Assembly: GCF_004010195.1 (NCBI RefSeq)
Contig: NC_057720.1
Location: 13,533,189 to 13,597,188 of the forward strand
DNA: 64,000 bases
Source of the DNA: Chiloscyllium plagiosum
Taxonomy: Eukaryota
Direction of reading: 5' to 3'
Shown here: positions 24,690 to 38,628 of the stretch, in pieces
Layout of the letters: each line of letters starts with the position of its first letter
Position numbering within the stretch: position 1 is the first letter of the stretch
Made by a program: the position numbers and the translations under genes
Notes under the pieces: generated by a model
Database searches by the model: none
Told to the model about the DNA's origin: nothing
What the model saw: the letters and a program-made list of their open reading frames with translations, nothing else

Positions 24690-25560
24690 TGGCTGCCCAA
24701 AGAGACTAGGGGGTTCTGAGCCATCGATCTTTAAAATGCCTCAAACAGATGGAGAAAATTATCCAGAAAGTTAATGGAATGCTGGCCTTCATATCAAGAT
24801 GACTGGAGTACAAGGGTACACAATTAAAGCTGCACATGTACAAAATCCTGGTTAGACCCCCAGTTGGCGTACTGTGAGCAGCCAACACACCTTAGGAAGA
24901 AGATAGTGGCCTTGAAGAGAGTACAGCGTAGGTTTACAGGAATGATACCTGGGGTTCAGGTCAGAGGAAGTGTTCGAGGCAAGTACAATTACAACATTTC
25001 AAAGACATTTGGAGAGGTGTATGGATAGGAGAGGTTTAGAGGGATACGGGCAGGAAAGGTTTAGAGAAATTTGGGCCATAGGACTAGTTCAATTCAGAAA
25101 ACCCAGTTGACATGGATGGATTGGGCTGTTTCCTTGCTGTATGACTCTCTGGCTCAGATTAGGATGGCATGGGTGGAGTAAAGGGAGGAAAAAGCAGATC
25201 ATGGCTAAACCTGATCCCGTCTGCATCCAACACCCAACAGTTAAGGGGTGACCTGATCAAAGTCTTCAAGATAGTAACAGGAAATGACGGGTAGATAAAT
25301 ATAAACTATTTCCACTGGTTGGGGAATCTAGAACTAGGGGAGCACTCGGGCCAGACCGTTCAGGAGAGATATTTGGAAGCATTTCAACACACAAAGGGTG
25401 GCAGAGATTTGGAACTCTCTTCCATAAATGGCAGATGATGCTGGATCATTGTTAATTTTAAATCTGAGATAGATATACTTTTGTTCAGCTATTATCTCAT
25501 TAAATGGTGGGACAGGTTTGAGGAACTGATGGCCTACTCCTGTCCCCATAGTTCCTTTAT
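24690..25560 (+). mobile_element. Old CR1 3' region with nested younger fragments
   Basis: CR1 C-terminal-like sequence (gtacaaaatcctggttagaccc; aggggtgacctgat; ggcctactcctg) plus a nested tail at ~24960-25150. Confidence 0.7.
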
Positions 25561-25654
25561 TTCCTATCAGAACATGTATGGAAGATGCAGTCTGTGATCT
25601 GACCGGGTGTAGAACTCATGACTGAAAGGAAGGCCTGTCTACCTATATAATGAG

Positions 25655-26472
25655 TCAAGAGTGTTGTGCTGGAAAAGCACAGCATACCAGGCAGCATCCG
25701 AGGAGCAGGAGAATCGACGTTTTGGGTATAAGCCTTTCATCAGGAATGAGGCTTATGAGCTGAGGGGGCTGAGATAAATGATGGGGTGGGGTGGGATGGG
25801 ACTGGGGGAAGGTAGCTGAGAGTGTGATAGAAGAAGGTGGAGGTGATGGTGATAGGTCAGAGAGGAAGGTGGAGCAGATAGGTAGGAAGGAAGAGAGGCA
25901 AGTAGGTCAGGTCATGAGGGCGGTGCCGAGGTGGAAGTTTGAATCTGAGACAGGGTGAGGGGAGGGGAAATGAGGAAACTGGTGAAATCCACATTAATCT
26001 CATGTGGTTGGAGGGTCCCAAGGCAGAAGATGAGGCATTCTTCCTCCAGGTGCCGGGTGGTTAGGGTTTGGTGGTGGAGGAGGCCCAGAACCTGCATATC
26101 CTTGGTGGAATAGGAGGGGCTTTCCTCATTTTCCCTCTACCTACGTTATCCTAGGTTCAACTCAGCACCATCCTCATGATCTGTCCTACCTGTCCATCTT
26201 TCTTCCTACCTATCTGGTCCACCCTCCCATCTCCTCTATCACCATCACCCCCACCTTCATCTACCTATCACACTCTCCGCTACCTTTCCCCAGCCCTACC
26301 CCCTCCCATTTATCTCTCCATTCCCGAGGGTCCCAGCCTCATTCCTGAAAAAGGGCTTATGCCCGAAACGTCGATTCTCCTGCTCCTTGGATGCTGCCTG
26401 ACCTGCTGTGCTTTTCCAGCACCACACTCTCGATTCTGATCTCCAGCATCTGTAGTCCTCATTTTCTCCTAA
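25655..26472. mobile_element. PLE family A fold-back insertion (left arm - strand with GIY-YIG C-terminus; right arm + strand), 12-bp TSD
   Basis: ORF 25912-26097(-) MQVLGLLHHQTLTTRHLEEECLIFCLGTLQPHEINVDF; arms are reverse complements; TSD ctatataatgag (25643-25654) / ctgtataatgag (26473-26484); core-mutated hammerheads at 25711-25747(-) and 26341-26376(+). Confidence 0.9.
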
Positions 26473-27299
26473 CTGTATAATGAGCTTGCTACCGCACAGG
26501 AATACTTGGAAAGTACAAGTCCCTCTCCTCACTAAAAACTCTGACCCACTGTCTGTCCCCTTAAATCTCAAGGCTAAATCAAAATGGCCCTCAATTAATT
26601 GGACAGATCTGAAAATGTGTGGCAGCAGAGATTGCTATTTGCAAAGGCACAGCATTTGGGTTAAATTGGTCCTATGGAGGGTCCTCTCCTTTGTTCTCCG
26701 ATAAGATATCTAACAGGGACAGTCTCCCCGGGGGCCACATCTTTCCCCTACTGACATCTAATTTCCACAGCTGTAATTCATCTGCGTTAAAGTGGCTTGG
26801 TTGGGTCTGTAATTTTATTACTCCACAAGTCATCAAAGAATAAAAATAAATCTGCGGTTGGGAATTACATAATAGCCCACAAAAAAACAAACTGGCTTAG
26901 GAGTGGGGCGGAGTAAGAGAAGAGGTTTATAAAACAATGACAACAGCTGAAGTTTAAACAGAAAACCTCAATGTGTTAGCGATTGATGTGTAGCAACTTC
27001 CACTCTGCTAACGCTGAGGGAAAAAATACGTTTGCAACAGAAGCCTCTGTTACAATAAGCCCAGAAATCAAACAGTTACTGCTATGGTGACCCCCATGGA
27101 TGTGCGTGATTTGTGACCTGTTCTTCATTGGCATTGCTTCAAAACCAAACAACAAAATATTTAACAAAAATGCGTTCATATTGTTAACAAGAATTTAAAC
27201 TGTGAAAAAGCATTTCATTTATATAGCACTTTTCTCAGAATGTCCCATAGTATTTTAGAGCTAATGCTTTCTTTTTGAAGTGTGGGTGGGTATGGCTAT

Positions 27300-29525
27300 C
27301 ATATTGAAAGTGCCAAGAGTAACAGCTACTGTGGGTCCTTGATAAGAATGTACCGGTCAGACAGGGAGGAAGTTGTCGAGCGTGGGAGCCGTGGTTTACA
27401 AAGGAAGTTGAATCTCTAGTCAAGAGGAAGAAGAAGGCTTATGTTAGGATGAGCTGTGAAGACTCAGTTAGGGTGCTGGAGAGTTACAAAGTAGCCAGGA
27501 AAGACCAAAAGAGAGAGAGCTAAGAAGAGGCAGGAGGGGACATGATAAGTCTTTGGCAAATAGTCTCAAGCAAGACCCCAAGGCTTTCTATAGCTGTATC
27601 AGGAATAAAAGAATGACTAGAGGAAGATTAGGGCCAATAAAGGATAGTAGTAGGAAGTTGTGTGTGGAGTCAGAGGAGAGATTTATAAAATAATGACAAC
27701 AGCTGAAGTTTAAAGAGAAAACCTCAATGTGTTAGCGATTGACATGCAGCAGTTTGTAGAAATAAAACAGTTACTGATATGGTGACCCCCATGGGTGTAT
27801 GTGATTTGTGACCTGTTCTTCACTGGCATTGCTTCAAAACTAAAGCACTAAACGAACACTTTTCGTCAGTACTCACACTAGAAAAAGACAGTGTGGTCGA
27901 GGAGAATACTGATACAGGCTACTCGACTAGATGGGATTGAGGTGCATAAGGAGGAGGTGTTAGCAATTCTGGAAGTGTAAAAAATAGATAAGTCTCCTGG
28001 GCCGGATGGGATTTATCCTAGGATTCTCTGGGAAACCAGGGAGGAGATTGCTGAGCCTTTGGCTTTGATCTTTATGTTGTCATTGTCTACAGGAATAGTG
28101 CCAGAAAACTGGAGGAGAGCAAATGTTGTTCCCTTGTTCAAGAAGGGGAGTAGAGACAATCCCAGAAATTATAGACCTGTGAGCCTTACTTCGGTTGTGG
28201 GTAAAGTGTTGGAAAAGGTTACAAGAGTCAGGGTTTATAATCATCTAGAGATGAATAGGTTGATTAGGGATAGTCAATACGGTTTTGTAAGGGGTAGGTT
28301 GTGCCTCACAAACTTTATTGAGTTCTTTGAGATGGTGACCAAACAGGTGGATGAGGGTAAAGCGGTTGATATGGTGTATATGGATTTCAGTAAGGTGTTT
28401 GATAAGGTTCCCCAAGGTAAGCTATTGTAGAAAATATGGAGGCATGGGATTGAGGGTGATTTAGCGATTTGGATTAGAAATTGGCTAGCTGAAGAAGACA
28501 GAGGATGGTGGTTGATGAGAAATATTCATCCTGGAGTTCAGTTATTAGTGGGGTACCGCAAGGATCTGTTTTGGGTCCACTGTTATTTGTCATTTTTATA
28601 AATGACCTGGATGAGGACATTAAAGGATGGGTTAGAAAATTTGCGGATGATACTAAAGTCGGCAGAGTTATGGATAGTGATAGGATGTTGCCGGTTACAG
28701 ACAGACATAGATGAGCTGCAGAGCTAGGCTGGGAGGTGGCAAATGGAGTTTAATGCGGAAAAGTGTGAGGTGATTCATTTTGAAAGGAGTAACATGAATG
28801 CAGAGTACTCAGCTAACGGTAAGATCCTTGGTAGTGTATATGAGCAGAGGGATCTTGGTCCAGGTTCATAGATCCTTGAACGTTGCTACCCAGGTTGGAG
28901 GGGTTGTTAAGAAGCCATATGGTGTGTTAGCTTTTATTAGTAGAGGGACTGAGTTTCAGAACCATGAGATCATGCTGCAGCTGTACAAAACTCTGGTGTG
29001 ACCACATTTGGAGTATTGCGTACAGTTCTGGTCACTGCATTGTAGGAAGGATGTGGAAGCTTTGGAAAGGATTCAGAGGAGATTTACCGGGATATTGCCT
29101 GGTATGGAGGAAAAGTCTTACGAGGAAAGGCTGAGGGACTTGGGCTGTTTTAGTTAGAGAGAAGAAGGTTGAGAGGTGACTTAATTGAGACATATAAGAT
29201 AATCAGAGGGTTAGATAGGGTGGACAGTGAGAGCCTTTTTCCTCAGATGGCTAGCATGAGAGGACACAGCTTTTAATTGAGGGGTGATAGATATAGGACA
29301 GATGTCAGAGGTAGGTTCTTTACTCAGAGAGTGGTAGGGGCGTGGAACACATTGCCTGCAACACTAGTAGACACATCAACTTTAAGGGCATTTAAATGGT
29401 CATTGGATAGGCATTTGGATGAGAATTGAATGGTGTAGGTTAAATGGGCTTCAGATTGGTTTCACAAGTCGGCGCAACAACAAGGGCCGAAGGGCCTGTA
29501 CTGCGTTCTAATGTTCTATATTCTA
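27300..29525 (+). mobile_element. 5'-truncated CR1 LINE (second family, (ttctatg)n-type tail), decayed ORF2
   Basis: ORFs 28059-28430, 28505-28714 and 28798-29001 with RT motifs YRPVSLTS, GVPQGSVLGP, FADDTK. Confidence 0.93.
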
Positions 29526-29674
29526 GTTTGTTACAATTTGAAGGAATGTCAGTGTGATCCAGTAAGGGTCTCTGTACAACTGTCTTTGGCCCATAATCCT
29601 TAATACCTTTGCTAAACAAAAAATTATCTATCTCAGATTTAAAATTAACAACTCATCTTGCATCACCTGCCATT

Positions 29675-29828
29675 TATGATATGGAGGTGCTGGTGTTGGA
29701 CTGTGATGGACAAAGTCAAAAATCACATGACACCAGGTTATGATCTAACAGGTTTATTTGAAATCACAAGCTTTCAGAGTGACGCTCCTTCATCAGGTGA
29801 AGTGAGAGAGGGCACACCAACACAGAGT
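29675..29828 (-). mobile_element. PLE family B terminal repeat
   Basis: Reverse complement matches 22185-22313. Confidence 0.85.
29764..29800 (-). ncRNA. Minimal type-I hammerhead ribozyme motif, family B
   Basis: Minus strand TCAC-CTGATGA-A-GGAG(CGTCA)CTCT-GAAA-GCTT-GTGA; 4-bp stem I; AGCT palindrome. Confidence 0.8.
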
Positions 29829-30098
29829 TTAGAACATAGAACATAGAACATAGAAGAATACAGCGCAGTACAGGCCCTTCGGCCCTCGATGTTGAGCCGA
29901 TCCAAGCCCACCTAACCTACACTAGCCCACTATCCTCCATATGCCTATCCAATGCCCGCTTAAATGCCCATAATGAGGGAGAGTCCAGCACTGCTACTGG
30001 CAGGGCATTCCATGAACTCACGACTCGCTGAGTAAAGAACCTACCCCTAACATCTGTCCTATACCTACCACCCCTTAATTTAAAGCTATGCCCCCTTG
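29829..30098 (-). mobile_element. CR1 3' end with (agaacat)n tail
   Basis: Reverse complement similar to 29270-29525. Confidence 0.85.
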
Positions 30099-30384
30099 CC
30101 AGAAGATAGAAAGGATCAAAGCTTGAACTTCAGAGTTGTTGGATATCAGAATCATTTCCAGGACAGGAGATGGTTATTTAAACTTTTGCATGCCAAAATA
30201 ATTGGGATCAATGCCTTTGCAGGGAAGTTGAAAAAGATTTAATCAAAATTGGAAGGGAGTGGGTTCCAACATATAGAAATAGAAAAGATGTATAAAGGAG
30301 TGAAAGTATTGACTAGCACTAGATTAAAGAAGGAAGTAGCAGGTTAAGGCCAACAAGGAACATAAGACATTCCTAACCTGTGTC

Positions 30385-30562
30385 TAGCCCAGTTCTGCAG
30401 CTTATCTATATCCCGCTGTAACCTGCCACATCCTTCCTCACTGTCTACAACTCCTCCGACTTTCGTATCATCCGCAAACTTGCTCACCCAACCTTCTAAC
30501 CCCTCCTCCAGGTCATTTATAAAAATGACAAACAGCAATGGTCCCAAAACAGATCCTTGCGG
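30385..30562 (-). mobile_element. Isolated CR1 RT fragment
   Basis: ORF 30344-30547 GPLLFVIFINDLEEGLEGWVSKFADDTKVGG. Confidence 0.9.
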
Positions 30563-31659
30563 ATCTGTTTCTGGGTAGAGAGATCAAAGGACAGTATAAT
30601 TGGTGTAAGTGGAGTGAACAAACCTATATGGCCGATGGAGAACTCTCTTAGAAATGAAATGCAAGTTTCAATTGATTAAGATGCAAATGCAGAATCCATT
30701 TCAATTCACTGCCCCGAGATAATTAAAGGTTTTATCAGTGTCTGCCTAACTTTCCAAACTTCAATCTGGCTGAGATACAAATCTCAGGTCAGACATTGAA
30801 TTTATGGAAGAGAGTTCCAAACCTCTCACGTTCTTTGTAGATGGTAGGGAAATTTGAAGTACACTAAACATATACAGTTCCATTTTAATTAAACTCCTGA
30901 AGAATTGATTTAGAATGGTTTAGAATGGTTTCCAGTTAGAATGGTGGTGGTCTGCTATAAGCAAGCTGCTATGGCCGCATACTCTTTTACTTGCATGTTG
31001 TAGCCTGGAACTATCAATTGTGATGGATGAGTCCTCAACTTTCTTTCCATCACTTGGCTGGTCAGGAATCTCTCCTACTCTTACCCCTTGCCATTAGCAT
31101 GGATTGGAACAATTTTGCTGATTGATATCCATTACTCACAGCCCAATATATTATAAAGGTCCCTTCCTTGACCTGTCATCAGGGAATGACCTCAAACTGT
31201 CTTGGGAGACACACACAGTGCAACAGGACCTCCTTTTAAGTAATGTAGACAGAACATTCAGGAATGCTGCAGTGATGAAAGTATCTGGATGAGCTGGATA
31301 GCTTCTTTCATACATTTGCAACTGCTCTGTTTGATCTGCATCTGTGTTGCAGAGAGGAAAATCGCCAAATGTTGGAAACCCTTGGAAAGTTGGATTGATG
31401 AGAAGAAATGAAGGCGGGGCAATAATCTGTTATGTAAGCAGTGAATAAGCAACCAGGTCAATTAGCAGCTTAAAGAAAAGCTAATGTCTATTCAATTCTG
31501 CTTTCACCCTGTGCTCCAAGTGTTATCAGCTTGAGTATGAAAATATTCCTAGAGATTGCTTCACATGACCTCCCATTTCGAACAACCCCTCCTGCCAGAA
31601 AAAAAATTGGCATTTCCCGATTTCTGACATGAGGAGGCAGTCACATGTCGTATGTCAAT

Positions 31660-31975
31660 GGCTCAGTAGTTCCAAACCCACCAGGTTCGTGTTCTGGACA
31701 TATGGGTTCAAATCCCACCACTGCAATAATGAAATATAAATTTAAAGAAGTCTGAAAGAGAACGTTAGTTCTACTGTCAATCACTGGCAATTTGTTGGTT
31801 AATCCCCATCTAGTTCACCAATACACGGCAAGGAACTCTACCATCTTTATCTGGTCTGGCCTTCATGTGACTCCAAGGCTACAGCAAGTGGGTGACTCTC
31901 AAGTGCCTTCTGAGTAATTAGAGATGGACAGAAAACGCTGACCAATACAGTGATGCCCACATCCTGTGAACAAAT
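31660..31975 (+). mobile_element. tRNA-derived SINE (same family as 62058-62515), degenerate
   Basis: gggttcaaatcccacca, ctggtctggcct.catgtgactcca and gatgcccacatcctgtgaa shared with other copies. Confidence 0.7.
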
Positions 31976-32459
31976 ATTTTTTTTAAAAATTCTTGATAAC
32001 AATCAAATGGAAGTAGTCAAAGAAACTGAAATAAAGTTTTAGTTTTGCTGTTTGTCCAGCCGATTAATCTTTAATTCCCATGGACTCTAGAGAAACACTA
32101 TAGAGCTAGCAACCTGAGGCTGCAAGTAGCTATAAGTATCACTGATATTGACCAGAATCAGAATAAGGATGATTGTCCCTCAAAGGATCTCAATTTATCA
32201 GTTTCAACTGGCTAATTAAAAATTGTAAATATTTATTTAAGCGCACCTTACTGTGATTTGGAGCTCTCCCCAGAGAGGCACTGATATTTTATCCTCTTCT
32301 GGCTGCTGCGCTATATGAAAAATCAACTTAATTTCTTGAAAAAGAATTGAAACCCTGGTGGCTCTACATCTGCTATTGAAAGAAAGGAAGCGAGTTTATT
32401 CAATGTTCTGGGCCAATATTCTTCTCTTGCCCAAAGCACAGCTAAAACCAACTGGAAAT

Positions 32460-32790
32460 AAAAGACTTTCATTCATGTAGCACATTGCTACACAATGAAG
32501 TATTATTGAAGTGTAATCATTGTAGGAAATATGGCAGCTAATCTGCTCAGCCAACACCTCCAAAGAAAATTGAGTTAGTGACCCGGGAACCTGATTTTTG
32601 CTGCAGTGTTGACTGAAGGGTAAACTATTGGAAAGTACCCAGTGATTTCTCTTTGGAACAGCATTATGGATCTTCTACATTTTCCTAAACTGGGAGGTAG
32701 GGCCTGAATAAAACGTAGCCTCTGACAGAGTAGCACCTCCTCAGTCCTTTTTGAATTTAATGTCAAGCTCTGGAGTGGGGCTTGTTAAGC
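32460..32790 (-). mobile_element. DeuSINE (SacSINE1-like) remnant
   Basis: Reverse complement contains actgaggaggtgctactctgtcagagg.. and gatccataatgc.., resembling the DeuSINE central domain. Confidence 0.45.
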
Positions 32791-33330
32791 CCCATGGTCT
32801 AAGCTGTCCACACTCAAGAATAGGAGATCAAATCCGGAGTGAGACAAATTGAAGCCGAGGATTTTGGTGGAGGTGCGAGGCAGGTGCATAAAAGAGTGAC
32901 ATCATGGGAAAACTCTAAGGTGATTGGTTGGTATCAACTACTAATTTGACCATCTATTGTGGATTGCTTTCAGATTGAAGATAAAAAGGGAAAGAAATTA
33001 CAGAGTACAAACAAAAAGACCAGTAGAAAATCTTTAAAAATCAAATTAAGATCAAAGTAAATAAATTAGAGGTGCTGGGCCAGGCAATGCATTGTATCTG
33101 CATGATGTGGGAGCTGGCAGACTCCATTGTGGTTCACAGTGACCACATCCATAACAAGTGCTGGTTGAGGAACTCTGACTTGGAGTTGATGAGCTGGAGT
33201 CTGAGCTTCAAATACTGTGACACATCAGAGAGTTACCTGGAGGCAGTCACAACCCTTAGGGTAACTACCTCAAATCTAGTTAGTCAACAGGGACAGGAAG
33301 GTGTGACTATGAGCAAGGCAGGTAGAGGGA

Positions 33331-33667
33331 CCACTCTAATCTAGACTCTGATTTCCAGCATCTGCAGTCCTCCCTTTTGCCTAGCTGATTTTAACCTTAC
33401 TGCAAATCCTCTTGCAAGGATGCCTACCTTGAAGAAGTTCTCCTCCTCTCTCCACAAGAATTTCTCTTTGTTACCTTCTCCCCACCCCACCCCTCTCCCA
33501 TTTATCTCTCCACATTGGAGGTTCCCTGCCTTCAGACCTGATGAAGGGCTTTTGCCCAAAACATCAATTTTCCTGCTCCTCGGATGCTGCCTGAACTGCT
33601 GTGCTTTTCTAGTACCACTCTAATCCAGACTCTGATTTCCAACATCTGCAGTCCTCACTTTTGCCTT
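33331..33667 (+). mobile_element. PLE family A fragment with direct partial terminal repeats and a decayed hammerhead (33538-33565)
   Basis: ccactctaatc.agactctgatttcc.catctgcagtcctc occurs at both 33331 and 33615; CTGATGA-AGGGCTTTTGCCC-AAAA-CATC (GAAA mutated). Confidence 0.8.
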
Positions 33668-36305
33668 GCCATGCTGAAGGAGCCTCAATCCATGACCCTA
33701 TCTAACAGGTTTGAGATTCTTGCAGTTCTGTGGATGAGAGTAGGGACTGTAGAGAGGATGAGCAAACTGACCATAGCACCGTGACGTTCAAGGGCCATTC
33801 AAGAGTCAGGACAAAAGCGAAATGAAGTTGAAATCGGCGACAGTATAGTCAGAGAACAGACACTGTTCTTTGTGGCCAGGATCGAGGGTCCCGAAGGCTG
33901 TAGACCTGCCTGCTGCCCAAGTTCAAGATATCTAGAACACAAAACATAGATAACAACAGCTCAGTACAGGCCCTTCGGCCTTCGATGTTGTGCTGACCTG
34001 TGAAACTAACCTGAAGCCCAACTAAACCACACTATTCCATTCTTGTCCATATGCCTATCCAATGACCATTTAAATGCCCGTAAAGTTGGCGAGTCTACTA
34101 CTGTTGCAGGCAGTGCGTTCCATGCCCCTACTATTCTCTGAGTAAAGAAACTACATCTAATATCAGTCCTATATCTATCACCCACAATTTATAGCAATGT
34201 CCCCTCGTGCTAGGCATTGCTATCCAAGGAAAAAAGCTCTGACTGTCCACCCTATCTAATCCTCTAATTATTTTTTATGTCTCATTAAAGTCAGCTCTCA
34301 ACCTTCTTCTCTTGAATGAAATCAGCTTCAAGTCCCTCAGCATTTCCTCATAAGACCTTCCCTCCATACCAGGCAACATCCTAATAAATCTCCTCTAAAC
34401 CCTTCCCAAAGCTTCCACATCCTTCCTCTAATGCAGTGACCAGAATTGTATGCAATCCTCCAAGTGCAGCCACACCAGAGTTTTGTACAGCTGCAGCCTA
34501 ACCTCATGGCTCCGAAACTCAATCTCTCGACCAATATGAGTTATTACACCATATGCCTTCTTAACACCCTTATCAACCTGGGTTGCAATGAGATCCCTCT
34601 GCTCATCTACACTATCAAGAATCTTACCATTAGCCCAGTACTCTGCATTCCTGTCGCTCCTTCCAAAGTGAATCACCTCATACTTTTCCACATTAAAGTC
34701 CATTTGCCAGCTCTGCAGCTTATCTATGTCCCTCTGTAACCTGCAACGTCCTTCGTCACTATCCACAACTCTTCCGACTTTAGTATCGTCCGCAAATTTA
34801 CTAACCCATCCTGCTTTGCCCTCATCCAGAACATTTATAAAAATGATGAACAGGAGTGGCCCCAAAACAGATCCTTGTAGTACACCACTAGTAACTGAAC
34901 TACAGGATGAATACTTCCCATCAACCACCATCCTCTGTCTTCTTTCAGCTAGCCAATTTCTGATCCAAACCAGTAAATCACCCTCAATCCCATGCCTCCG
35001 TATTTTGTGCAATAGCCTATCATGGGGAACCTTATCAAACACCTTACTGAAATCCATATACACCACATCAACTGCTTTACCCTCATCCACCTGTTTGGTC
35101 ACCTTCTTGAAGAAATTAATAAGGTTTGTGAGGCATGACCTACTATTCACAAAACTGTGTTGATCACCCCTAATCAACTTATTCTTTTCTAGATGATTAT
35201 AAATCCTATCCCTTATAACCTTTTACAGCACTTTACCCATAACCAAAGTAAGGCTCACAGATCTATAATTTCTGGGGTTGTCTCTACTCCCTTTCTTGAA
35301 CAAGGGAACAACATTTTTTATCCTTCAGTCTTCTGGCACTATTCCTGTAGACAATGACAATGTAAAGATCAAAGCTAAAGGCTCAGCAATATCCTCCCTG
35401 GCTTCCCAGAGAATCTGAGGATAAATCCCATCTGGCTCAGGGGACTTGTCTATTTTTACACTTTCTAGAATTGCTAACACTTCCTCCTTATGCACCTCAA
35501 TCCCATCTAGCCGAGTAGCCTGTATCTCAGTATTCTCCTTGACCACATTGTTTTTTTCTAGTTGAATACTGACAAAAAGTATTCATTTAGCACTTCCCCT
35601 ATCTCCTCTGACTCCAGACACAACTTCCTACTACTATCCTTTATTGGCCCTATCTTAGTCTAGTCATTGATAGTCTTTTATTCTTGATATAGATGTAGAA
35701 AACCTTTGGGTTTTTGTTGATCCTATCCACCAACGACTTCTCATGTCCCTCCTGGCTCTTCTTAGCTCTCTCTTTAGATCTTTCCTGTCTAACTTGTAAC
35801 GCCCTAACTGAGCCATCACAGTTCATCCTAACATAAGCCTTCTTCTTCCTCTTGACAAGAGATTCAACTTCCTTAGTAAACCATGGTACCTGTGCTTCCC
35901 TGACCGGTATATACTTATCAAGGACCCACAGTAGCTGGTCCTTGAATAAGCTCTACATTTCAATTCTGCCCATTCCCTGCAGTTTCCTTCCCCATCCTAT
36001 GCATCATAAATCTTGCCTAATTGCATCTTAATTGCCTTTCCCTTAGCTGTAACTTTTGCTTTGCTGTATATACTATCCCTTTCCATCACCAAAGTAAACA
36101 TAACCAAATTGTGGTCACTATCACCAAAGTGCTCACCTACCTCCAAATCTAAATTAACACTTGGCCGGGTTCATTAGCCAGTGCCACAGTGCCAAATCTA
36201 ATGTGGCCTTACCCTTTGTTGACCTGTTGACATACTGTGTTAGGAAACCCTCCTGTACACATTGGATAAAAACTGACCCATATAAAGTACTTGAACTATA
36301 GCATC

Positions 36306-36484
36306 CCCGCCTCAGAACACTTCAACCCCAGGGCATCAATGTGGACTCCACCAGTTTCCTTATTTCCCTCCCCCCCCACCTTATCTCAGTTCCAACCTTC
36401 CAGCTCAGCACTGTCCTCATGACCTGTCCTACCTGCCAATCTCCCTTCTGACCTGCTGTGCTTTTCCAGCATCACTCTGATCTA
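36306..36484 (+). mobile_element. PLE family A fragment with internal deletion (hammerhead missing)
   Basis: 36306-36450 matches 39790-39930 and joins directly to gacctgctgtgcttttccagc. Confidence 0.75.
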
Positions 36485-36548
36485 AACAATAGTATTCCCA
36501 GTCAATATTTGGAAAGTTGAAGTTCGCCACAAAAACTACCCTGTTTGT

Positions 36549-36857
36549 GGGCGGCACGGTGGCACAGTGGTCAGCACTGCTGCCTCACAGCGCCGGAGAC
36601 CCGAGTTCAATCCCACCTCAGGCGACTGTCTGTGTGGAGTTTGCACATTCTCCCCGTGTCTGCGTGGGTTTCCTCTGGGTGCTCCAGTTTCCTCCCACAT
36701 TGCTAAAAATGTGCAGGTTAGTTGAATTGGCCATTCTAAATTGCCCGTAGTGTTAGGTGTAGGGGAATGGGTCTGGGTGGGTTGCGCTTCGGCGGGTCAG
36801 TGTGGACATGTTGGTCCAAAGGACCTGTTTCCACACTGTAAGTAATCTAATCTAATC
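36549..36857 (+). mobile_element. HE1-type V-SINE
   Basis: tRNA-like head gggcggcacggtggcacagtgg...gagttcaatcc; V-domain tgtgtggagtttgcacattctccccgtgtctgcgtgggtttcc; (aatct)n tail. Confidence 0.9.
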
Positions 36858-38628
36858 TCGCTCCTATTGAGAATCATCTTTGCTATCCTATCCTCTACAT
36901 CTCTGGAACTATTTGGTGGCCTATAGAAAACTCCCAAAGGAGGTAACCTCTCCTTTCCTGTTTCTAATCTCAGCTCATGCTTCCTCAGTAGATGAGTCCT
37001 CAACCATGATATTGTCCTTGACTAACAATGCCACACCACCCCATCTCGTCTGAGCTACAGAGGAACCTGGAGTGGGAGGGAAAAGATCCAATTGTCATGG
37101 TCCATGGAGGTACCAATGATATTGAAAGAAAGAAAGAGGAAAGAAGTTCTACTGAGGGAATATGAACAGCTAGGTGCTAAATTAACTGTCAAAACCCAAA
37201 ATGCAATAATCTCCAGATTACTACCTGAGCTGAGAGCTAACAGTCACAGACTCAGCAAGATTAAAGAAATAAATGTGTAGCTCAAAGATCAGTGTGGGAG
37301 AAATGGGTTTGAATTCATGGGACATTGGCACCAGTACAAGGAAGGAGGGAACTGTTCTGATGGGACTGGCTGCACCTTAATCATGCTGGGGCCAGTGGCA
37401 TAACTAGGGTTGTGGGTAGGAGTTTACATTAAATAAAGGAGGGGACGTTTTCAGTGCATGAAAAATTATGGAACAAGTTAAAATGGGGAAGGGTTCAGCA
37501 GAGGTTACTAAACTTTCCAGAACAAACAATAGAACAGAGAGTATGAAAAGGGTCAGGAATCTAACTTCAGGTACAACAAATGAAGGGACAACTATGAGAA
37601 GAGAGGGGCACACTTGACAGTGTTGTTCTTGAATGCATGCAGTATATGAAACCAGGTAAATGAGATTGTAGTGCAGATTGAAATTGGCAAGTATGATGTT
37701 GTGGGTATCACAGAGACGTAGCTGCAAGGAGCCAAGGCTGGGAACTAAATACCCAAGGATACACATCCTATTGAAATGACAGGAAGAGGGGGAAAGGTTG
37801 CCTTATTACTAATAAACTAAATTTAATCAAGAGCAAGAAATGCTATGGAGTTGGAAGGCATAGAATCTGTGTGGGTAGAGTAGAGGAACAGTTGAGGGAA
37901 GAAGACCCTAATGGGAATCATGTACTGGCCTCCAAGCAGTAGTCAGGGCGTAGGGAAGTAAAAATAAACCAGGAAATAGAAAAGGCATGTAAGAAAGGCA
38001 TTATTACAGTAATCATGGGGGATTTCATTATACATGTCTACTGGGAAAATCAGGTTCATAACAGATCACAAGAAAAGGAATTCGGTGGAATATCTACAAA
38101 CTGATTGTTTTTGGAGCAGCTTGTGGTAGAGCCCACTAGGGAACAGGCAATTCTGGATCTGGTGATGTGTAATGATGCAGCTGATAAGGGAGCTGAAGGT
38201 GAAGGAAGCCCTGGGGAATAGTGGCCATAATATGATAGAATTCACCCTGCAGTTTGGGAGGGAGAATCTAGAATCAGATGTAACAGTATTACAATTGAGT
38301 AAAGGAAACTACAAAGGCATGAGGGAGGAGCTGGTCCAGAGTTGATTGGATGGTGAGGTGGTGCAGGGAAGATGGTGGAACAGCAAAGGAAGGGGCTTCT
38401 GGGGGTAGTTCAAGAGACACAACAGAAATTCATTCCAAGGAAGTAGAACATAGTAAGGGCAAGGTGAGGCAACCATGATTGACAAGGGATGTCAGGAACA
38501 GCAAAAAAACAAAAGGAAAAGCACAAAATGTAGTGAAGATTATTGGGAAGTCAGAGGATTGGGAAGCCTCTAAAAATCAGCAGGGGATAACTAAAAAGGC
38601 AATAAGGAAAAAATATGAGAGTAAACTA

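Larger units (their letters stand above)
33935..37045 (-). mobile_element. CR1 LINE (same family as 27300-29525) nested in the older + strand CR1
   Basis: ORF 34428-35177 RT (DFSKVFDKV, FADDTK); 35325-35546; endonuclease remnant 36797-37003 (GVFYRPPNS); tail at ~33935. Confidence 0.93.
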
